A DNA stretch of 64,000 nucleotides from a virus (Duplodnaviria; Caudoviricetes): IMG/VR virus record IMGVR_UViG_3300028888_000116, positions 10,224 to 74,223 of that record; one strand, written 5' to 3'. Below the pieces are notes generated by a model, which was not told the DNA's origin, ran no database searches, and saw only the letters and a list, made by a program, of their open reading frames with translations. How positions within the stretch are numbered: the stretch's first letter is position 1; every line of letters starts with the position of its first letter. Positions 8,786-16,304 of this stretch are shown here, piece by piece. The position numbers were made by a program, and so were the translations under genes.

Positions 8786-11368
8786 ATGAAAACATTTGTT
8801 TATGATGCAATAAAAGAAAGACTTATTAAAAGATTAAAATTGAATGCTGATGCAGCAACAGTTCTTGATGATTCAGCTTTTACTAATATTCTTGATGTTG
8901 TTTCAGAAGGTTTCGCTGAAAATGCAAGATATACTGAATATCTTTATCTTGAAAAGAAGTGGGATACAGCTAAAAATATTTCTTCTCTTTTATCAATGGG
9001 AGCATTAATCGGAAGAAAAAGATATAGACCAGAATCAGCTACTGGAATTATAATTGTTTCCCATACTGACGATGATAATAATAATAGATTGGCAAATTAT
9101 GGAAGATACTTTTTTGATTTAAACGAAGAATCAGATTATGATGAAATAGATAAAAATGAAGATGCTGATTATATTAAAAAGAGAGCATTGGTACCTTGGC
9201 TGAACTCTTCACTATATACAATTCCCGAAGGCACTGAATTTGTATCTAACTCAGGTATTTCATTTTTCGCTACAAAATCAGTAAAGATTAAAAAGCTTGA
9301 AAAGAAATATTCTGAAATATCTTCTGACGAAGGTACTCTTAAAGCATTCTTAGCTAGAGGAGGCTGGGACGGAATTAAATATTTGAAAGTTCCAGTTATT
9401 CAAGGTATTAAGAGAAAAGCTCAGGTTGGAGTTTCTACTGGAGAAAGAAATCAAGCATTCAAATTTGAAGCAAGAAATATTGAAGCTGGAAATAACTCAA
9501 TTTCAAAGAAATATTTTTATATTGAAGTAACCGAAAAAGATGGAACTACAACAAAGTGGTTTGAGCTTCCAATGATTCAATTAGCCGGACCTTATGATAG
9601 AGTATTTGAAACGGAACTTTCAGCTGATGGCTCATATATTATAATTAAGTTTGGTAATGGATATTCTGGTAGAATTCCTACCAAAGATTCAGTTATTGAT
9701 TTGAATTATATTGAAACTGCTGGAAAGAGTGGAAACATAGAGCAGAACTTCCAAATAAATACAATTAAATTCCCAGCTGGATATTCATATATAGACCCAA
9801 GAACTAAGAATGAAAGAGAATTCCTATCTTGTACAAATATTGCTCCAATATCTGGCGGTAAAGATATTGAATCAAGAGATGAATTCAGAAAAGATGCTCC
9901 TAGTTCATATCTTAAATACTATGCAACTTCAGTAAAATCAAATTATGAGAAAAAGGTTTATGAAAATTCACCTTATTCTTTATTGAATGCTAAATGTTTT
10001 ATTTCTTCTGATTTTACTGCTGAACAATTGGATAATTCTATTGATGATGAAATTGAAGAAGAAGTACTTAATCAGCTTTCTTTAATTTCCAATTCTTTAA
10101 ATATTACAGCGATTAAATCAAATGGCCAATCAATGAATGAAGTTGAATCTGAATTCTTTATCAATTCACTTTCTGAATCGCTCGCTGAAATTAAAGGACC
10201 AAATGATGCTTTGAAATATTGCGCCCCTTTAATGATTAAAATGGCTCCATCTATTTTAATCAAAACTTCTGATTTAACAGTTACAGATGATGCTGTAATT
10301 AATGGAGTTTCTCAAATTATTCAAAGTGAATTCGCAGTATTCCAAAAAGATTTTAAAGATGATTTCGTTTCTTCAAGGATTATTCACTTGGCTTCATTAT
10401 TTAATTTTACAGATTCAGTAGAGTTAACTATTGATGCAATCGCTGATGTTGATTATGATAATATTGAATTACTCTGTACAGAAAAAGATTCAATTCCTTT
10501 AATCTCAGTTCCTTTTAAATTTTCTGATATTTTCTCAAACGATAAATTCAAAAAAGGATTTAAAAATTTCAAAGACGGAAAGAAGTTTAATTTAAGAGTT
10601 GACTTGAGAGTAAAAAATGGTGCTCCTAGTTCTCTTGAAAGAACATTATTATTAATTGATAATAGAGAAAAATTAGAAGCCATCAAAGATGCAAAACGAG
10701 GCGTTATTGATGAAAATGGATTAGCATCAAGTCTTTTCCAAAAGATTCGTTCTGAAAAGAGTGATACTGAGTTCTTCCTTTATGAAGAAAATAATAGTAG
10801 CTATAAGAATAGAAGAATGAGAGTTGCCCAATTCCCGATTCTGATAAATAATGTTTTAACAAACAAATTTATTGATAATCTTTTTAGTTTTGAAAATTCT
10901 CCATCAGAAATTAGACCTTTTGAGCAAGATAATAATGGTGATAATAAGATTTTACTTTCATCTATTGTTGATGTAAATCTTCAAGAGCCAATTAAAGGAA
11001 ATGAAATTGGTACATATTGTTATAGAAGAAATACTGAATATATAAATTATTTTGATATTTCATATAATGAAGAGTTTAATGATATTGATAATTACGCCAA
11101 TGGATTTGTTTTAATTCCTTGTGATTATATCAATTCTTTAGGAACAAATAATGCTACATTGATTACTACTGGATTAACTCTTGGACAAATTCAGCAAAGG
11201 AACGAAGAATATATTAAAGAGATAAAACGATTGTTGAATGATTATCTTGATATTAAAGTTAGAGCAGAACCTAGAGCTGATGTAATAACTCCTTTAAAAT
11301 GGAATGAAATTGTTTTTGTTGATGATGATGATATTACAGTAGAAAAAGAAACCGTCATAAAAGAATAA
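8786..11368 (+). CDS. Baseplate wedge protein, gp6/baseplate J-like
   Basis: 860 aa. N-terminal L...WDTAK..SSL...G...YRP.SATG, central IKFGNG..GRIP, and GG.DIES.DEFRK.AP motifs. Confidence 0.8.
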   Translation: MKTFVYDAIKERLIKRLKLNADAATVLDDSAFTNILDVVSEGFAENARYTEYLYLEKKWDTAKNISSLLSMGALIGRKRYRPESATGIIIVSHTDDDNNNRLANYGRYFFDLNEESDYDEIDKNEDADYIKKRALVPWLNSSLYTIPEGTEFVSNSGISFFATKSVKIKKLEKKYSEISSDEGTLKAFLARGGWDGIKYLKVPVIQGIKRKAQVGVSTGERNQAFKFEARNIEAGNNSISKKYFYIEVTEKDGTTTKWFELPMIQLAGPYDRVFETELSADGSYIIIKFGNGYSGRIPTKDSVIDLNYIETAGKSGNIEQNFQINTIKFPAGYSYIDPRTKNEREFLSCTNIAPISGGKDIESRDEFRKDAPSSYLKYYATSVKSNYEKKVYENSPYSLLNAKCFISSDFTAEQLDNSIDDEIEEEVLNQLSLISNSLNITAIKSNGQSMNEVESEFFINSLSESLAEIKGPNDALKYCAPLMIKMAPSILIKTSDLTVTDDAVINGVSQIIQSEFAVFQKDFKDDFVSSRIIHLASLFNFTDSVELTIDAIADVDYDNIELLCTEKDSIPLISVPFKFSDIFSNDKFKKGFKNFKDGKKFNLRVDLRVKNGAPSSLERTLLLIDNREKLEAIKDAKRGVIDENGLASSLFQKIRSEKSDTEFFLYEENNSSYKNRRMRVAQFPILINNVLTNKFIDNLFSFENSPSEIRPFEQDNNGDNKILLSSIVDVNLQEPIKGNEIGTYCYRRNTEYINYFDISYNEEFNDIDNYANGFVLIPCDYINSLGTNNATLITTGLTLGQIQQRNEEYIKEIKRLLNDYLDIKVRAEPRADVITPLKWNEIVFVDDDDITVEKETVIKE

Positions 11369-11484
11369 TCTTTAAATTAGGATTATACTAATTTCCTAAT
11401 TATTTTCTTTTGTGATGGCGATGTTTTCAGATTTTTTCAAATTCGCGGGATTGAAAATTTCTTATACATTTACCAACATAGAAA

Positions 11485-11529
11485 ATAAGAAAGGGTGTAG
11501 AATATTTAAAACTACACCCTTTTCTTATT
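11485..11529. terminator. Long bidirectional terminator hairpin
   Basis: AATAAGAAAGGGTGTAG-N11-CTACACCCTTTTCTTATT (about 17-bp stem, one bulge) between convergent units. Confidence 0.75.
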
Positions 11530-11558
11530 AAATTACTATTAAATTATTATTAAATTAT
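11526..11558. repeat. Three 11-bp AT-rich direct repeats
   Basis: TATTAAATTA(C/T) at 11526, 11537 and 11548. Confidence 0.8.
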
Positions 11559-11854
11559 TATTTATCTTTTTAAAAGGACCGATTCTTTTTAAGGCTTACA
11601 TACAATAATAAATGCTTGATGAATCCGAAAATTCAACAGAATCTGGTGGGAGGCGAGCTGACCAATTACTTCCTTTCCCATTAATTTTTCCTTTCGCAAG
11701 CTCTTTTCATCATACTAATATTATAAAACTAAAATTATAAAATCATTTTAATTCGGCGGGCCTCTTGTCATTTAAACCTCCAATAATGAAGCAGCTCTAG
11801 AATTGCTTCAAAGATAAATTTTACCATAAATATTTTTTAAGATAGGGAGCTACC

Positions 11855-12103
11855 CTATACGAAAACTTCTTCCCATAAGCAAGGAATAAATCTTATATTT
11901 TCAATATAAGGCATCCTGCTATTCATCAAAGATTGTATTGGCACTCTTTCTTGTCCATATATTTTTCTGTAAATATCTTCTTCTGAAATTGGATTTGCTA
12001 TTCCATCAATAAGGATAGTTTTTGAATCTTCGTGGTACTGATGAAGATTACTTATAGTAATCAAATAATATCCTTTTTTGATAAGCAAAGAATTGGGATT
12101 CAT
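11855..12103 (-). CDS. Hypothetical protein
   Basis: 82 aa. Start overlaps the upstream stop (TAATG), GAGGA RBS, small hairpin at the 3' end. Confidence 0.7.
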   Translation of the reverse strand: MNPNSLLIKKGYYLITISNLHQYHEDSKTILIDGIANPISEEDIYRKIYGQERVPIQSLMNSRMPYIENIRFIPCLWEEVFV

Positions 12104-12300
12104 TACTCGTCCTCGTAATATTCAACAGAGATGATTTTCCAGTCGTTGAACTCATCTTCATCTTCAAATTGAGCCTGGTCGAAAGCCTTCATCTTAGCTT
12201 CCTGTTCTGAATTTACCAAACTTCCATCTACAAAATAATCATCAGTTCCGTAAGACTGACCATCTAAAAATTTTTCGATTGTTACCTTGTATGTTCCCAT
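12103..12300 (-). CDS. Hypothetical acidic protein
   Basis: 65 aa, GGAG RBS. Confidence 0.75.
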   Translation of the reverse strand: MGTYKVTIEKFLDGQSYGTDDYFVDGSLVNSEQEAKMKAFDQAQFEDEDEFNDWKIISVEYYEDE

Positions 12301-12380
12301 ATTTTCAAATCTCCAATGCTAAATTTCTACAGTTGGCGCCATTCGTAGATTTTCTCTGACTTTCTTATTTATTTGAAAAT

Positions 12381-12557
12381 TTATTTATCAACATTTTCTA
12401 AATTAAAAGTATTTGGAGTAATTCCAAGTTGCTGATTTAATAATTCTTCCTGTACACTTTGAAGAACAAATGCTCTTTCAATAAATTGAAGTTCACAATA
12501 ATCTAAATCTTGCTTGTCTTTTATTTTTTGAAAAACTCTTTTTGCAAAATCATTCAT
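12381..12557 (-). CDS. Hypothetical protein (58 aa, below the ORF-track cutoff)
   Basis: GAGGAG RBS, then MNDFAKRVFSKIKDKQDLDYCELQFIERAFVLQSVQEELLNQQLGITPNTFNLENVDK. Confidence 0.75.
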   Translation of the reverse strand: MNDFAKRVFQKIKDKQDLDYCELQFIERAFVLQSVQEELLNQQLGITPNTFNLENVDK

Positions 12558-12564
12558 TGTTAAC

Positions 12565-12647
12565 TCCTCGTAATATTTATTTGAAAACTTTACCCCATAA
12601 ACAAGGAATAAATCTTTTCGATTGTTACCTTGTATGTTCCCATATTT
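12565..12647 (-). pseudogene. Chimeric remnant built from pieces of the two downstream genes
   Basis: 12615-12647 equals 12272-12304 (33/33), 12583-12616 matches 11861-11894 (30/34), and 12565-12577 equals 12110-12122. Encodes MGTYKVTIEKIYSLFMG*. Confidence 0.75.
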
Positions 12648-12677
12648 ATTATATAATAAATATGGAATAAAAAGTTA
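12640..12677 (-). promoter_or_regulatory. Class E promoter; the -10 region lies within a 26-bp perfect palindrome
   Basis: TAACTT (12677-12672)-N18-TATAAT (12653-12648)-AAAT-ATG. CCATATTTATTATATAATAAATATGG at 12640-12665 is self-complementary. Confidence 0.65.
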
Positions 12678-14333
12678 AAATTCAAATCCCATTTTTTCCA
12701 TAAATTCATCTTGTTTGACTTTCATTGTTTCATAACTTCTATCATTAAGAGCCATCGGTCGCCAAACTACGAATGGTATGAATTCATTATCATATTTATT
12801 TAGAAGCTCTATTGTTCCCGTTACAGCATCTGCAGCATCTTTTGCATTGACACCTCTTTGGTCCGTTTCCCAATCTCCATTTCCATCGGTCACAATATCT
12901 CCACTGAAGTGGTCAATTTTTGTTGTTCCTTTTCCCTGTTTTCTTTTTTCAAAATGGAGAGAAAGCATATTATTTTTCATATAGATACATTTTCCAGCGA
13001 ACCATCTTTTATGTTGAACATAGTCAATAAAATTAAGATAAGGCTCGTTTGTTTTATCTACAGAAATATAATCTACATCAATTCCTTTTCTTTTCAAAAA
13101 CTGAATAGAAGGTTGAGACTGGAATCCATCATAAGAAACGTGTTTTATTTTCAGATTTCCAAGTGAAACTAAATCCCAAATAAAACATTTAATTGCATCA
13201 AGGTTTATGATTCCACCTTTTGGTATAATTGTAATAATAAAATCAGTGACAAATACTTTTACAGGATTTCCTGTTACAGCATCTTTTCTTTCTGAATCTC
13301 GTTCTACGTGAGACATCGCAATTGAAGTAACGTCTCCTGCATAAGATTGGTCGACGGAAACTACTCTAGGTATTCCTGGCTCATAATAGAAATAATATTT
13401 ATCAATAATTTTATTAAAAAACTTATCTTTAATCTGATTCCAAATCAAATGCTCTGGTTCTTCTTCAGCAGGAGCTGTAATTTGTCCAAACATATTTCTT
13501 AAATTATTTTCAAAACAATCATTTACAGTTTGCTTATTATAGAAGATTCTATCAGGAGTACCAGATGGAATACCGCATTGGTCTCTTAAAAACTCTATTG
13601 GAGATTCAAGAGCGGCATCCAACATAGATTTATTACCATTTGATGTTACCTGAGTTGTTGGAGCCCATACTATATCAGTTGATTGATAGGTTGATAATTC
13701 GCCTTCTGATTCAATTACTTTTGGAGGCTGTCCAGCATTTCCTTTAAAAATAGGGAATGTTTGTTTTTTATTAAATTCTTTTTTCAAGCATTCTTGGTCA
13801 AGTGCCTTTTTTATTGCTTCTTTTGTCTCTACTTCTCCAGTTGGTGAAGATTTCCAATTTGGTCTTGGAGTTTCCCAAGCATAAGGATATTCTTGTGGAA
13901 AGTATTTCCATCTTGAGCCAGTAACAATGTAATTTTCATTACTATTTGGGGCCTCGTGCCAAATCCAATCGTCAATTACTGATTCAAGAGAGTTTGGCTG
14001 AGAGTCAATTATCATTCTTCCATAATAATTGCCTTTCATACGGTTATCAATTCTTTTTCTTAATTTTGTAAAGAAAGTAAAAATCTTTTCATTAGTCCAA
14101 CCATTTTCAGTAAACATTGTCATTTCAGATATAACAGCTGAAATAATATTCTGTCCCAAAATAGAACCAGGGCCATTTATGATTTTATAATTTACCCCAT
14201 TCTGAAATTGCAAAACTGAATTATGAGTTACTATATTATCTTCAGTTAAATAAAGACCATCTTCAGTGGATAAATGAATACACTTTTGTTTTTCTTTTCC
14301 TATATATTTTATACTTTTAATTTTAATTGGCAT
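12675..14333 (-). CDS. terL: Terminase large subunit, C-terminal part, with N-terminal split-intein C fragment
   Basis: Residues 1-38 end IVTHN and are followed by Ser. Then Walker B-like AVISEM, coupling motif IIDSQP and the RNase H-like nuclease motif RVVSVDQSYAGD. AAGGTGG RBS. Confidence 0.85.
   Translation of the reverse strand: MPIKIKSIKYIGKEKQKCIHLSTEDGLYLTEDNIVTHNSVLQFQNGVNYKIINGPGSILGQNIISAVISEMTMFTENGWTNEKIFTFFTKLRKRIDNRMKGNYYGRMIIDSQPNSLESVIDDWIWHEAPNSNENYIVTGSRWKYFPQEYPYAWETPRPNWKSSPTGEVETKEAIKKALDQECLKKEFNKKQTFPIFKGNAGQPPKVIESEGELSTYQSTDIVWAPTTQVTSNGNKSMLDAALESPIEFLRDQCGIPSGTPDRIFYNKQTVNDCFENNLRNMFGQITAPAEEEPEHLIWNQIKDKFFNKIIDKYYFYYEPGIPRVVSVDQSYAGDVTSIAMSHVERDSERKDAVTGNPVKVFVTDFIITIIPKGGIINLDAIKCFIWDLVSLGNLKIKHVSYDGFQSQPSIQFLKRKGIDVDYISVDKTNEPYLNFIDYVQHKRWFAGKCIYMKNNMLSLHFEKRKQGKGTTKIDHFSGDIVTDGNGDWETDQRGVNAKDAADAVTGTIELLNKYDNEFIPFVVWRPMALNDRSYETMKVKQDEFMEKMGFEF
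14220..14333 (-). mobile_element. Split intein C fragment (IntC, 38 aa)
   Basis: MPIKIKSIKYIGKEKQKCIHLSTEDGLYLTEDNIVTHN|S. Block F has Cys at the usual Asp position, block G is THN, and the fragment is Lys-rich. Confidence 0.9.
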
Positions 14334-15138
14334 ATTTCCACCTTAATTTTTCTCCATTTATTGACCCAGCAACTCCGCCATTTACTTTGCAAGCTTCGGA
14401 TATATGCCTTGCCATTGGATACTTATTTCTTGCTTCTTGTATTGTTTCAAAATATTCTCCAGTATTTATTAAAATACAGGCTCTTGCCCTTGGGTTATTT
14501 CTCCCTTTTCTTTTTTCAGAGCCTTTTCCAAAATGCTCTTTTCTTTCACTTTCAGACATTTTAGAAATGGTTTCACTTCTTGATTTTTTTATTTTATCAA
14601 GAGTATCTTGAGTATGAGTTTTTCCATAAAACGGATTATTTTTTCCTGTTTTATCATAACCATTAAATTTTTTTGAACGCTCTTCTTTTGACATTTTAGA
14701 AATTGTTTCAGCCCTTGCTTTTCTTGCTTTTTCTATCTGCTCTTTTGTTGGGTGCCACTCACCACGATAATTAATTCCTCGTCTATTTTCAGAGTTTATT
14801 TTTCTTATTTTCTCATATTCTCTTGAAGTAATTTTATATTTTTCTTTATTTTTTCCCATTGACATATAATATATAGCATAAGTCATTTCTCTTGAAGGGT
14901 AAATTTTTAATAAAAGCTGATGACAAAAGAAATGCTCTCTTGCTGTTAAAGCAACAATATTTTCTTCTTTTTTATTCCAATTAGGAAATAAACTTCTTGG
15001 CAAAATATGATGAAACTCAAAATATTGATTTTCAAATTTTTTTCTTCTCGAATGAGATAAATTATCTGGCCTATTTCCTAATTTCATTTCATTTTTTGCG
15101 TTTGAAATTATTTTCATATAAATTCTTCTATAATTCAT
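14323..15138 (-). mobile_element. Free-standing HNH homing endonuclease with NUMOD3-like DNA-binding region
   Basis: NYRRIY...FEFHHILPRS...ENIVALTAREHFFCHQLL HNH motif, plus GKNNPFYGKTHTQDTLDKI. Own class L motif 3 nt before the ATG. Lies between the two terL halves. Confidence 0.85.
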
Positions 15139-15156
15139 ATTAAATTAGTAAATTTT

Positions 15157-15477
15157 TTACTTGGAGTTGGTAGGGAAGTCGTCCAATTCTATAATTTCCC
15201 AATCAAACTCCGGGTGTTCCATAATATATTTTAAATTTTGAACTTCCCATTCACTTTCTGGTGAACGCCTTACTTTCCATAAATGAAAATCAGAACATCT
15301 AACTTTTCTGCCATCTTCTAATTCAATTTCGTAACAATCTGCTTCACCTTCAAAAGGGATATTTGTAACTGTTGCTTCACCTTGACTTGGAGATTTTACT
15401 TTATCTCCAATTTTTATTTCGCCCATTGTTTTTATTGAATTATCAGCCATTATTATTTTTGAATCTAAAGGCTGCGC
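15157..15477 (-). mobile_element. Split intein N fragment (IntN, 106 aa, Ala1)
   Basis: AQPLDSKIIMADNSIKTMGEIKIGDKV (block A) ... DGRKVRCSDFHLWKV (block B, with His and Trp), then an acidic tail and a stop. Confidence 0.9.
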
Positions 15478-16239
15478 AGTCGGGCTTGATGTTGTCCAGT
15501 GAAGGCAATTCGTTAATTCATCTCCAGCGGCATCAACCAAATCTGTATGAGAACGAACTCTCTTAAAATATGGACTCTGCTCAAGAATCTGAATAAATGG
15601 CTCAACAAGTAATTCCGATGCTTTCTTCTGATTCCAAGCACCCATACATTGAGTAAATACTGATGATGGAGCAAGATTAAAGAATTTCCACGGATGCCAC
15701 ATCATAGCATAATGAGTAGAAATATATAATTGAATAAGGGTTGATAATGTTGATTTACCAGCACCAATACATTGAGTTAAAACTAAAGTTCTATATGGTT
15801 TTAATGGATTCATAAAATCTATGAATACATCTCTAGCCCAATCGAATGTTGATTCAGCCTGATTTCCGATATATTTTTCAGTTAAGAACTCTTCGGGAGT
15901 TGGGGGCTTTGCTTTAAAATTTAATCTCCAACCTTCTGCCAATAAATTATCTTTAAATGAATCATTTAACTTATCATTTCTAGCAAGCCATTCTATAGCT
16001 GCCATAATATTATCAATATTTAAATTTTCTACGAGTTTATTATCAAATTGAGAAGTATCTCCAGCTAAAATATCTTCAAGAATATATTTTAATTCGCCCA
16101 ATTCATTAGGGAGAGGTAAATTTTCAGATGGAGTTACAATGCCCTTTTCAATTTCCCATTTTGTTTTATCAGTATCAAAATCTTTAACTTTAATTGAGAA
16201 TGGGTTCTCGTCAGGGTTTGAAATTATATTTTCGTCCAT
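15157..16239 (-). CDS. terL: Terminase large subunit, N-terminal ATPase part, fused to IntN
   Basis: Walker A LVLTQCIGAGKST. Intein block A begins at residue 255. ACTAAATA 3 nt before the ATG. Confidence 0.85.
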   Translation of the reverse strand: MDENIISNPDENPFSIKVKDFDTDKTKWEIEKGIVTPSENLPLPNELGELKYILEDILAGDTSQFDNKLVENLNIDNIMAAIEWLARNDKLNDSFKDNLLAEGWRLNFKAKPPTPEEFLTEKYIGNQAESTFDWARDVFIDFMNPLKPYRTLVLTQCIGAGKSTLSTLIQLYISTHYAMMWHPWKFFNLAPSSVFTQCMGAWNQKKASELLVEPFIQILEQSPYFKRVRSHTDLVDAAGDELTNCLHWTTSSPTAQPLDSKIIMADNSIKTMGEIKIGDKVKSPSQGEATVTNIPFEGEADCYEIELEDGRKVRCSDFHLWKVRRSPESEWEVQNLKYIMEHPEFDWEIIELDDFPTNSK

Positions 16240-16304
16240 AATTATTTAGTCATATAAAATTAAATAGAGTTTACCCAAAATGTGGATATTATGTGGAAAA
16301 CTTG

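Noticed and set aside
11369-11854. tRNA or tmRNA in the long intergenic region
   Set aside because: I could not build a cloverleaf, T-loop consensus or tag reading frame by eye; a covariance search is still needed.
14220-15477. Group I intron or frameshift as the explanation for the interrupted terminase
   Set aside because: Both flanks carry in-frame intein blocks, with a stop and a new RBS/ATG; I saw no intron core elements.
16281-16300. Two DnaA-box-like 9-mers (TGTGGATAT, TGTGGAAAA) upstream of terL
   Set aside because: Only two copies, one mismatched, in a 65-bp gap already explained by a late motif; insufficient for an origin call.
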